From: Saprolegnia diclina VS20
Lineage: Eukaryota
Assembly: GCF_000281045.1 (NCBI RefSeq)
Contig: NW_008246115.1
Span: 209,506 to 273,505, forward strand
Direction of reading: 5' to 3'
DNA: 64,000 nucleotides
Part shown: piece by piece, positions 1 to 10,477 of the stretch
How the letters are laid out: every line of letters starts with the position of its first letter
How positions within the stretch are numbered: position 1 is the first letter of the stretch
Position numbers and translations under genes: made by a program
Notes under the pieces: model-generated
What the model saw: only the letters and a program-made list of their open reading frames with translations
Database searches by the model: none
What the model was told of the DNA's origin: nothing

Positions 1-23
1 CCAATGGCCGTCGGCGTTTCTAA

Positions 24-1099
24 ATGGCACACATGCAGCACCGCGACGTCGGCGTCCTCCGCGGCCATAAGCGACCTGTCAACTGCTTGGCCAAGTGCTT
101 GAGCGGCGCGCCCGACCTGCTCGCGTCTGGCAGCCAAGACAGCACGGTTCGCATCTGGGACCTGCGCACAAACAAGGTCGCACAGTGCATCACGCAAGCG
201 TTTGCTGGCGACGCCGTGAGCTCGGTCGCGTTTCCGTCGGCGACCGACCTCTACGTGGCATCGCACAACCAGCTCTACACATTCGACCTGCGCAATGCGG
301 GTATGATAGTGAAGGAAGCAACGACGATCTTGGAGCCGGCGGCCGACGAGATCAACACGCTCGCGGTGCATCCGTCGCATGCCAAGAAGCCATGGCTCGC
401 CGTGCCCGACGACGAAGGCGAGATTGGCATCGTCAACCTCCAGACTAAAGCACTACAGACGACGCTACGCGGCCAGCACACGAACCTTTGCATGTCGGCG
501 GCCTTCCGCCCCAAGTGCGCCGGATACGACCTCGTCACGGGCGGCCACGACTGCCAGCTCGTCTTTTGGGAAGTGAGCGGTGATCGTGGCAGCGGCCGCA
601 TGCGCGCCAAGCTCAGTATGCAAGACATCATTGGCGACGATGCGCTCGCTGACGGCACGCAGATGTGGAACCCGCCGTTCGTGTACGACTTGGCCTTCAA
701 CGCGGCCGGGCGGTCGTTGGCGGCGGCGCTCGGGGACGGGTCCGTGGTGTTGCTCGACTTTGCTTCGCGCAGTCTCCAGCGACGACTTACGGCCCATCGC
801 GCGGTGGCTACCTGCGTCGAGTTTGCCGCGTGGCAAGGGAAGGAGTACCTCATCTCGGCGGCCAACGACGCCACGGTGCGTAAACTTCCTCGGGAAGAAA
901 ATATCTCAGAATTACATTGCTCCTGTAGGTTGCGATCTGGGACTACAAGGCTGCTATCCAGAGCGCGGACGAGGCGGCGGTGATGGTTCCGCTGGCCAAC
1001 CGACCGAACGCGATTGCCACGTACATCAACGAGGACGGGTGCACGCTTTATGTCGGCGACGACCGCACAGCGACGATCACCATGATCCAACTGCACTAA
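24..1099 (+). CDS. WD40-repeat protein (WDR53-like), 2 exons
   Basis: WD40 motifs GHKRPVNCL..LASGSQDSTVRIWD and HTNLCMSAAFRP..LVTGGHDCQLVFW, plus MWNPPFVY. Intron 876-928 (gtgcgt..tgtag) restores DATVAIWDY and a stop at 1097-1099. Confidence 0.8.
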
Positions 1100-1327
1100 T
1101 ACAGCACGTGTCCTGTGTGTCGCTACTCGTTCGCGTCTTGCATCGTGTGTCGATGCTTCCTACCGTCGGTCGGTCGCACTTCAACCTGGCAAGCCGCTTT
1201 TCCGTGGTATATGCCACATATAGCCACATCGAGCCCCAAACAAGATGGCGAAGCCACAAATAACCACAAACAAGGAAGCGATCTTGCTCCAACTTGCCAT
1301 TATCGAATCCGCCAAGCAGCGAGCAAG

Positions 1328-1800
1328 ATGCAAGGAAACAAGGAGAACGCGACGCCGGCGACGAATAGCCAACTGGGCGAAGCGAACGGTGCGACGCAAC
1401 CGGCGCCCGCGGCAGCTTCCGCACCAGCGTCCGGGTACATCTTCCCGGGCTGCACCAAGCCCTTCAACGAGATGACTGATGACGAGATCGAGGCCGGCGT
1501 GCGTGCGGGCATCCTCCCGCTCAAGGTACATGCGCTTGGAAAGGTGACACGCATGGAAGCAGAGTGTAGGCCTTGTACCCCACCGCGGTCAAGATCACGA
1601 AGACGCCGTTGCCGGGGACGACCAAGCCGATTGCACCGACATCGCCCGGCGTCTTCAAGGTGTTTATGTACCTCATCGACGAGCTGGCCAACGAGGCCAT
1701 CGTCGCGGACCCGCATGGCATCTACCCGCTCGAGTTTGAAGGCATCGACAAGATCGTGCAGCTCCACTTGGCGTTCCCGGAAGCGATCTGGCAGTTGTAG
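1328..1800 (+). CDS. Hypothetical protein (~140 aa), 2 exons
   Basis: ATG at 1328. A 44-nt intron 1526-1569 (gtacat..tgtag) joins GILPLK to ALYPTAV in frame. Codon usage is GC3-rich like neighbouring genes. Confidence 0.65.
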
Positions 1801-2420
1801 GGTGGTGCCACGCGCAGAAGGTAACGTGAGTTCGTCGTCTTTGCATCTCATGCGACGAGAGCGCCTTATAACGCTTCAACAAGACGTGTGTGTGCGAGCT
1901 CTTCTCTTCTCTCGTGTATGCTGCACCGGGCATGCCCTTCAACGCCACCTTATCCTTGCTGAATGCAGAGAACGTTGGGTTGAAGTAGGCATGTTGCATC
2001 CTCTTCGGAAGAGAGAGAGAGCATGCTTGGTCACCTGCTCTATCCATCATCTCAAGATGGGACTGCCAGTAGCACGCAGATAACTACGAGTACATGCGAG
2101 AGACCGATTGGAGTTCATCCTGTCAACAGCTTTGGTGGCCACGGGGCCCGCACCACCTTTTTGGATCTCACATCACTGGACAGCAAGTCGGCCGCTCTTG
2201 CAGCTTCTCTTGGTCACAGCGCTGCGCTCGAGTATGCACCTTCGAGACGCATGTCATTAGCTGTAGCGAGGACGAGGTACGGCAGCTTTCGCCACTGCGC
2301 GGGAAGCTCGTCGGTCACCCAAGCCAGTGTATTATCCGGTCGGCAAATCTTCCGGATACGGGCACTTGACGGTTGCCCGCCAGTCCCATTTGGATGCATC
2401 GCCGAATTGGGTCGAGCCTC

Positions 2421-3282
2421 ATGCGCATCTACGACAACACGTGCTTGACACGGCGCGTGGCCGGCGAAGCGCCGATCGCACTCGTCATTCTCAACGGCAC
2501 TGGCCTCGTGAAAGGCTTCGAGGCGCTCTGGCCGCGGGCGACGGTCACCATCTGCGCGGATGGCGGCGCCAACAAGCTCTATGATACGTGGCGCGCCGCG
2601 GGCAAGGACGAGCCGTGGATTCCGCAGTACGTCAAGGGCGACTTGGACTCGCTGCGGCCGGACGTGTCGGCGTTCTTTGAGGCGAGAGGTACCGTTATCA
2701 TGAAAGACCCGGACCAGGACACGAACGACTTGGACAAGTGCCTCGCACTACTCGAGTCGCTTCAAGCGAGCATGCCCGGCAAAGAAGACGGCAACGATGC
2801 GTCGGCGCTCAAGCTCAAGGTGCTCATGCTCGGCGCGATGGGCGGTCGGTTCGACCAAGAGATTCAAAACATCAGCGCGCTCTACCGCTGGTACGGCTGA
2901 TGCACATGTCGTCGTCTTGGCGAGCATGCGTAGGTCCCACGTCTTTGAGAGCATGACGCTCTTCTCCGACCATACGTCCGTGATGCTCTTGTCGCCTGGA
3001 AAGCATTGCATTCGACCCAACTTCGATATTGAGTCGCGGACCTGTGGCCTCATTCCGCTCGGTACACGCCACATGCTGTCGAGCGTGGCTCATGCGCAAT
3101 ATGTAGGTGGCACATGCAAGGCGCTGACGACGCAAGGCCTCAAGTGGGACATGACGGACTTTGAGACCGCCGTCAGTGGCTTTGTGAGCAGCTCCAACCA
3201 TTGCCTCGCCGATGAGATCATTGTTGAGAACTCGGACCCGCTCATCTGGACCACAGAGATCCGGTCAGACGCCTCCGGCTAA
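2421..3282 (+). CDS. TPK1: Thiamine pyrophosphokinase, 3 exons
   Basis: Motifs ICADGGANKL, GDLDS, DQDTNDLDKC, GAMGGRFDQ, CGLIPLG and TTQGLKWD..VSSSN. Two short introns near 2891-2933 and 3062-3107. Confidence 0.93.
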
Positions 3283-3499
3283 GCTTGTGGATCGATAAGA
3301 AGGCCATTGAGTGGATTCGTCTTCGTCTTGCATCCAAAGACTCTGGCAGTGCAAGGTTGCCGCAAGAGATTTTCACGTGTGTGTGAAATGAATGCGTGAA
3401 AAACGATGAGATTGGCTCGTCAATTTATAGCTGACCAATCAGACGCAGATAGGAATCGGGCGCGCTGCCAAAACCGAGCAGCGCAATTTGAGATTGCCG

Positions 3500-4768
3500 A
3501 TGATGGCCCAGTACCTTGGACGCGGTCGCCACTTGGTGCCATTACCACGCCTCCTTGTGGGTTCAGCGCAGCAAATTTGCCTGTCTGGCGCTGCGCTCCT
3601 GTCGACCAAGGCGCCGCCGCACGGGCGCTCACTTACGTCGCCGTGGCAAGGGTTCAAAGCGCTCAACTCTGGCATAGAGTGGCTCTATAGTTCGGCGGTA
3701 ATGACGTCCATACGTCCGCTAGAGCTCGTAGTCGATCGTGGCTGCTTCGTAGGACACCCGAAAGATGGCGCGCGCTGCAGCCAAGGGCGATGTCGCGACC
3801 GTAAGTCGACTCTTGGCGGCCGGCGTGGATCCCAACACGTCCAAAACCGTACGCTACTGACTTCCTACTCGTCAACGAAGGCTATCTTATGGTCCTAGTG
3901 GTTTGGTGCAACAGCTCTGGCAATGGCAGTGACCGAAGGCCATGCCGACGTCGTCGAGCGACTCCTTGCGGCGAGCGCAGACGTCAACCAGCCGTGTCTT
4001 GTACGCATACATTGACGTCAAGAAGCGAGTGGTCATGTTGCCGTTGGTCTCGTAGGAAACGAGCGACATGACGCCACTGACACTAGCTTCTTTCAACGGC
4101 CACATCGACATCGTCCATCACCTGCTGCGTGCGAACGCAGACGTGAACCAGCCTTCGCTACAGGTACGTACACGAATCTCCATCTAGCTTCGCGGACATG
4201 TACGTTGGACAGGGGTTCGAGACGCCGCTGTCCGCCGCCGCAAGTGCGGGGCACCTTGCGATCGTCCAGCGACTGATTGCTGCGGAGGCCGACGTCAACT
4301 TTGTCAATGACGTACATGCCCATAATCTTAGTGACTGATACATAGTCCATTCCAACGGTTTAGGAAGGAAGCTCGGTGGTACACCTGGCGGCTGACTATG
4401 GCCGAACGCAAATCGTCACAACCTTGACTGCTGCGGGTGCTGACGTACACGGCTATAACCATGTCCTTTCGCCATCTTGCTATTGTCAACTAGGCTCATT
4501 GCGCTTGTAGGATGGGGACTCGGTGCTTCGAGCGGCTGTAAACAGTGGCGAGATCAGTACGGTCGCTGCAGTCCTTGCTGCAGACCAACGATTGCTTCCG
4601 ACTCGGAAGCAATCGTTGAAGCTCATGGTGTCACCTCGGAAGTTCCGAGGTGACACCATGAGCTTCAAGAGGGTATTTGACCACTGCTAGTAGCACAGTC
4701 TTGTGGCGGTGGCGGAAGCCAACGGAGATGAAGACACTGCGCGTCTGCTGCGCAAGGTGTTCCCATAG
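3500..4768 (+). CDS. Multi-exon ankyrin-repeat protein (start uncertain)
   Basis: Successive short exons encode ankyrin units: GHADVVERLLAASADVN, TPLTLASFNGHIDIVHHLLRANADVN, TPLSAAASAGHLAIVQRLIAAEADVN, SVVHLAADYGRTQIVTTLTAAGADVH and GDSVLRAAVNSGEISTVAAVL. Confidence 0.75.
4586..4668. repeat. Two abutting perfect inverted repeats (16-bp and 26-bp arms, 1-nt loops)
   Basis: caacgattgcttccga-c-tcggaagcaatcgttg (4586-4618) and ttgaagctcatggtgtcacctcggaa-g-ttccgaggtgacaccatgagcttcaa (4616-4668). Confidence 0.95.
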
Positions 4769-4895
4769 CTGATACAAGTCAGCTTCACGCTTCCCTTAAG
4801 GTGCAATGCCACGACAAGGAAGCCTTTCACAGATTCTGGGCAGTCTTTCTCCGTATCCGGATTTCCTTTTCATCCGGATATGGTGGTAATTCACA

Positions 4896-6398
4896 ATGTC
4901 CCAGCGACAGCGACCACGCCCAGCGCAGCCATCGGTGCTCGATATCCCAGACGTCCTGGTCCTCCTCGTCCAGTACTCGTCGGCGCCGAGCGATGTCGTC
5001 TCGTTCCTCCAAGCGCTGCCGTTGGCTCTGCGCACACCAGCACTGACTGGGCTTCTTGGCCTCTTGACGAAGTATCGTGATGTCACGTCAGATACGTCGT
5101 GCTAGCCCACGCCCTGCCTCGATGGAGACGTCCGGCGAGGCAAGCTCAAACGCATTATCGCGGCCATTTCGGTCTTCAGCAGCATGCGCATCGGCGGCGT
5201 CAACCTGAGCAAGCGCTGGTCCGCGAGTGCAGACGCATCATTCCGCCTGCCTTTTTGCGGGTTCGTCGCAACGTGGGCCGCCAAGGTGACAGCTGTGAAC
5301 ATCTACAACGACATTGACGAGCCCGAGCACCGCGACGAGCTGAGCCGCGTGCTATCTCGTTGCACGAACCTCAAGGATGTGTGTATTCCGGGCCATCTGG
5401 ACTTGCTCGAGGCTGTGACGTCACCAGCGCACTGCGTCTCGGATCTCCGCCTCCCTTGGTACGCATGGCGCGGTACTACGCTGTCGACCATTGCGCCGTT
5501 GCAGCGCTGGCTTGCCTCTGGCCATGCGCGCCACTTGTCACTGGATGGTTTTGACACTGGGGTGAACACTGCTCTGGCGCGTGCACTAGCGTCATCGCCG
5601 ACGCTCTCGAGCTTACGCCTCAATGCATCGAACAGCGTTGTCAAAAGCCTTGTCGCTCACGGTGCGACGCTGGCATCGCTCACGAAGCTCGATGCCTCCA
5701 TACGATCGGGCGAATTGATGTCGGGTCTACTCTCGCTGCTCCCGTTGCCGACGATGAAGACGCTCTCGGTTGACACGCTTGGAAGAGAGCACAGCCTCCT
5801 CGAAATGCTTCCACATATGCCGTCGCTCGAGAGCTTGAGCCTCCGCAACTTGGAACTTTGCAGCACGAACATGAATTGGCCGTCCTTCGCCGCGCCGTCG
5901 ACGCTCCGCACGCTCACACTGGCCAATCTTAGAGTGTCGGAGACGAGTCTGGACGCGCTCTTCCAGTGGGCCACGAGCTCCACGCACCTCGAGTCAGTCA
6001 CGTTCAACGTCTGCGCGTCGATTGGCTCGCGGAAGCCGAGCGTCATCAAGACGGTCCAGCGATGCATCGGCGCCGGTGTTGGATGCATGCGCTTTGAAGA
6101 CTGTGCGATGGGCACTCACCAAGTCTCGGATTTGGTCAAGGCGCTGCGTGGGGCACAGGCGCGTGTCGCTTTCGAGCTCGATCTCTCAGACAACTCATTT
6201 CTTATGGCGGGGGTCCAAGCCCTGCTCAGGGCACTCGCAACGTGCACAAACGTTTCGATCAAGCTCCCACCTGCGCTGCAACCGGCTCTCCAAGGTACGG
6301 AACCACGGTACCTCGCCAAAGCTAAAGCCGCAGGCGTCACCATCGACGTGCGCGACGGGGACGTTTACATTCGCAGCCGAACGACGGCGAAGGCCTAG
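4896..6398 (+). pseudogene. LRR/RNI-like family protein, copy 1, with one in-frame TAG at 5103-5105
   Basis: Collinear and highly similar to 7354-8871. ORFs 4896-5105 and 5184-6398 are in the same frame, and the TAG sits where the paralog has TGG (YWPTPCL). Confidence 0.8.
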
Positions 6399-6529
6399 TT
6401 TGGAGCTCCAAGTGGCACCATTTCTTATCGTATTTGCGTCTATACCAGTAGTGGATTCTTCCACGCCTCGAGAACACCGCGTTGGTGTTCGTTGCGAGCG
6501 TAACCTAACCTCATCAGGCCACCAACCTA

Positions 6530-6950
6530 CGGCGGGGACCCTGTATCTCGCGTCGCTCAAGCAACTCGAGCTGCAACACGCAGCGGTGCGCGGTAGCTGT
6601 GCGCGGTGACTTTCAACGCGAGCTCACGCTGGGACTGGCCCACTGCACCAAGCTGCAGTACCTCGATGTCTCTGCAACTGGTCTTTACGAAGCCTTGTGG
6701 CTGGCGCAACTGCCGTGCCCGAAGCTCGACGCGCCCCGGGTGCGCTTCGGAAAAGGCGCTTCCAACGACCTCGTGCGGCTCATCAAAGGGATTGCCGCCG
6801 CATCTTAAACGCTGCGCTGGCTGTGCATTCAGAAGGAATCGTGGCTCAAGTCCGACCGCGCGCGCAACCTGAAGAATTTGGCCGCCGCCAACATTACGCT
6901 CAAGTACGTTGCGGCAACACAGATTTATATCATCGGCGTCAGTCGTACGA
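6530..6950 (+). pseudogene. Degenerate LRR gene fragment
   Basis: Frame-broken LRR-like pieces LASLKQLELQH and LAHCTKLQYLDVSATGL between the two LRR copies. Confidence 0.4.
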
Positions 6951-7353
6951 CTACTGGGACGCCAAGTCGGCGGGCCACACGCGTCTCGTCGCATTTGTCT
7001 ACAAAGGGTAACGGCATGGCATGCGTCGTCAACGCATGCAACAATAAGAGAGGCGTCGCGCTACACCATTGCGGATCGACTTGACGAGCGAATCCCGGCG
7101 ACCCGATTCGTGTCACCAGCTTGCGTCGTAGCGCCATTGCTTCGGCAGTGCGTTGCGAGGTGTCGTGGAGACCGGCCTCACTCCAAGCACAAAAAGCTGG
7201 CTTGCACTTCTCTGCGCTTTGGCTCACTAAATGGCCCTTGAGATCGGTGACCATGGTCGTGACACTTGAACTGAAGACGCAGGTGTCGGATCACCGATTC
7301 GGCGGGTCATCCGGATTTCCCTTGTCATCCGGATACGACGCCACCAATTCGCG

Positions 7354-8871
7354 ATGGCCCAGCGACCACGCCGAGCGCAGCCATCGGTGCTCGATGTCCC
7401 GGACGTCCCGGTCCTCCTCGTCCAGTACACGTCGTCGCCGAGCAATGTCGTCTCGTTTCTTCAAGCGCTGCCATTGGCTCTGCGCTCGCCAGCACTGACT
7501 GGGCTCCTCGACCTCTTGACGAAGTATCATGATGCCACGTCAGATGCATCATACTGGCCCACGCCATGCCTCGACAACGACATCCGCCAAGACAGGCTCA
7601 CATGTATGGTCGCGGCCATCTCGATCTTCAACAGCATTTGCATCGGCGATCTCAGCCTGAGCAAGCGCTGGTCCGCGAGTGCGGACCCAACGTTCCGCCT
7701 GCCTTTTTGCGGGTTTGTCGCGACGTGGGCCGCCAAGGTGACGGCTACCGACATCTACTACACCACTCAAACGCCTGAGCACCACGACGAGCTGAGCCGC
7801 GTGCTGTCTCGTTGCACGAACCTCAAGGACGTCCGGATTCCGGGCCAACTGGACTTGCTCGAGGCCGTGACGTCGCCGGCACACTGCGTCTCAGACCTTC
7901 ATCTCACTTGGTATGCATTTCATGAGACTACACCGTCGGTCGTTGCGCCGTTGCAGCGCTGGCTTGCCTCTGGCCATGCGCGCTACTTGTCGCTGGATGG
8001 TTTTGACACTCGTCCGCTGGACACGGCTCTGGCGCGAGCACTAGCGTCATCGCCGACGCTCTCGAGCCTACGCCTCTTCGCATCAGACAGCGTTGTCAGC
8101 AGCCTTGTCGCCCACGGTGCGACTCTGGCATCGCTCACGAAGCTCGATGCGTTTGTACATTCGGGCGAATTGACGCCGAGTCTGCTCTCGCTGCTCCCGT
8201 TACCGACGATGAAGACGCTCTCGGTTAGCGCGTATGCGACGGATCTCAGCAACTGTCTCCTCGAAATGCTTCCACACATGTCGTCGCTCGAGAGCTTGAG
8301 CCTCGGCCACTTGGAACTCTGCAGCACGACCGCGATTCGTCCATCCTTCGCCGCGCCGTCGACGCTCCGCACGCTCACACTGGCCAACATTGAAGTGTTG
8401 GAGACGAATCTGAACGCTCTGTTCCTATGGGCCACAAACTCCACGCACCTCGAGTCGGTCACGTTTGAATCGTGCGCGTGGATTGGCTCTCGCATGCCGT
8501 GTGTCATCGGGACGGTCCAGCGATGCATCGGCGCCGGTGTTCGGTGCATGCGCTTTCAAGACTGTGAGATGGATACACGCCACGTCTCGGCGCTCGCCGA
8601 GGCGCTGCACGGCACACAGGCGCGAGTCGCTTTCGAGCTCGATCTCTCGGAGAACCCATTTCTTATCGCAGGGGCCCAAGCCTTGCTCAACGCGCTTGCA
8701 ACGTGCATGAACGTGTCGATCAAGCTCCCGCGGCCGTTGCTCTCGTCTCTCCAAGACAATGGACTACCGTGCATTGCTTCAGCAAGAGCTGCCGGCGTCA
8801 CCATCGACGTGCGCGGCAGAGACGTTTCCATCGGCAGCCGGACGACTGCGACTGCCTGGTTTGGAGCTTGA
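7354..8871 (+). CDS. LRR/RNI-like family protein, copy 2 (intact, intronless)
   Basis: 505-aa ORF with LxxLxL repeats (CTNLKDVRI, PTLSSLRL, SLTKLDA, SSLESLSL, STLRTLTL, FELDLSEN). Confidence 0.85.
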   Translation: MAQRPRRAQPSVLDVPDVPVLLVQYTSSPSNVVSFLQALPLALRSPALTGLLDLLTKYHDATSDASYWPTPCLDNDIRQDRLTCMVAAISIFNSICIGDLSLSKRWSASADPTFRLPFCGFVATWAAKVTATDIYYTTQTPEHHDELSRVLSRCTNLKDVRIPGQLDLLEAVTSPAHCVSDLHLTWYAFHETTPSVVAPLQRWLASGHARYLSLDGFDTRPLDTALARALASSPTLSSLRLFASDSVVSSLVAHGATLASLTKLDAFVHSGELTPSLLSLLPLPTMKTLSVSAYATDLSNCLLEMLPHMSSLESLSLGHLELCSTTAIRPSFAAPSTLRTLTLANIEVLETNLNALFLWATNSTHLESVTFESCAWIGSRMPCVIGTVQRCIGAGVRCMRFQDCEMDTRHVSALAEALHGTQARVAFELDLSENPFLIAGAQALLNALATCMNVSIKLPRPLLSSLQDNGLPCIASARAAGVTIDVRGRDVSIGSRTTATAWFGA

Positions 8872-9383
8872 AGCGATGCCGTAAGTGCGCACGTGCGTGC
8901 AAATATAGCCTCACCACCCCCGGACACAGGTTGTATAAGGACTATAAAGGGCAACGCGGATGTGGTCTTTGGTCTCACGTTGGGTGGCGGTTAAGGATGG
9001 GTGACGACTCTTCGCAGCTGTGGGGGGTCATTACTTTATCACTGCGCCTTCTTGTCCTCAGAGCTTCGCGTCAGCACTCCTTCACCGTGGGAGATCGAAG
9101 CCGTATCGCCTCGTCGAGACCGCTTTCGCCCGAGGCGACTCGCTCGTCTACCTCTGCTGATCAAAGCGAGCACAGAACTAGAGTACTGTCCTTGATTTGC
9201 CTTGGCTGGGAGGTGCGCAAGCTGTGACGATCTAGTACGTGCGACTTGCGCGAGACTGTTGGGAGTATCTTGGCGGGGTTTTCAAATGGTTTTGAAACAA
9301 GGATATATCCTGTTTACAAGGGCTTCAACAAGGCCATGACATCCAAACCGAAAACGATTGGACAAAGCGCGCATTTGATTGAA

Positions 9384-10400
9384 ATGGCCAAGGGCAAGAA
9401 GATCCAAGCAGCGCCGGCCGCGGACGCCACGCCCAAGGCCGCCAAGGAAGCAACGGCGAAGAAGGAAGCCAAGGCGCCCAAGGAACCCAAGGCGCCCAAG
9501 GAACCCAAGGCGAAGAAGGAAGCCAAGTCTGCCAAGGAAGCCAAGTCTGCGAAGGAAGCTAAGCCCGCAAAGGAAGCAAAGACGGCCAAGACCAAGGCGC
9601 CCAAGGCGGACGTCGCCAAGGCGCCCAAGAAGGATGTGCCAAAGAAGGCAGGCAAGAAGGTTGCGAAGGAGACCACGACCGAGGTGACGACGACGGCCGC
9701 CAAGTCGGCTAAGTTTGGCCAGAGCTGGAGCAAGAAGGAGGACAAGAAGCTCGTCGCTGCCGTCAAAGAGCAGGGCAAGGGCCATCAGGCCAACTGGAAG
9801 CTCGTGGCCAAGAGCGTGCCGGGCCGCACGGCCGGCGCGTGCCAAGGCCGCTGGAACACGGAGCTCGACCCGCTCGTGGACCGTCGCCCGTGGACGCCCG
9901 AGCTCGACGCGAAGCTCCTCGAGCTCTTCAAGGACGCGGCGTACGACTCGTGGAGCAAGCGCGGTGCGGCGCTTGTCGAAGGCTTGACGTCGGCGAGCGG
10001 CGAAGCCATGCGCCGATCGGGCGCCGACTGCTCCAGCCGCTACGCCAAGCTCACCAAGGCCGACAAGAAGAAGAAGGCCAAGACAACCGAGCCGACGGCC
10101 ACTGCCGCGGTGTCGTGGGACGACGAGACCGAGGCGCCCGAGGCCGACTTGAGTGCGATTACGGTGCCGGCGGCCGCCAAGCTCACGCGCAACCAAGCCA
10201 ACCGCGCGCGCCGTGTCGAGCGCCGTCGCAAGGCGGGTGCGGCCGCCGCCGAGGCCAAGAAGGCGGCCGCGGCCCTCGACGCCGAGAACGAGAACGACGA
10301 CGAAGAGCATGAACCTACAAAGCGCAAGTTCAAGGACGTGTCGGGCAACAACAAGCCTTTCAAAAAGGGCCCGCCGACCAAGAAGTTCAAGAAGCACTAA
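9384..10400 (+). CDS. Myb/SANT-domain protein with Lys/Ala-rich repetitive N-terminus and basic tail
   Basis: WSKKEDKKL..NWKLVAKSVPGRTAGACQGRW, followed by WTPELDAKL..WSKR..RSGADCSSRY. N-terminus has KEAKxA repeats. Confidence 0.85.
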   Translation: MAKGKKIQAAPAADATPKAAKEATAKKEAKAPKEPKAPKEPKAKKEAKSAKEAKSAKEAKPAKEAKTAKTKAPKADVAKAPKKDVPKKAGKKVAKETTTEVTTTAAKSAKFGQSWSKKEDKKLVAAVKEQGKGHQANWKLVAKSVPGRTAGACQGRWNTELDPLVDRRPWTPELDAKLLELFKDAAYDSWSKRGAALVEGLTSASGEAMRRSGADCSSRYAKLTKADKKKKAKTTEPTATAAVSWDDETEAPEADLSAITVPAAAKLTRNQANRARRVERRRKAGAAAAEAKKAAAALDAENENDDEEHEPTKRKFKDVSGNNKPFKKGPPTKKFKKH

Positions 10401-10477
10401 GTCCATTTCTTATCACTAACTACATATCCTTTAGACACGGCTATTTACTTGTGTACAGTCTTTGCATAGTTCGCTTG

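Noticed and set aside
9282..10406. 374-aa Leu/Gly/Arg-rich ORF on - strand
   Set aside because: Reverse-complement reading of the Lys/Ala repeats of the Myb gene.
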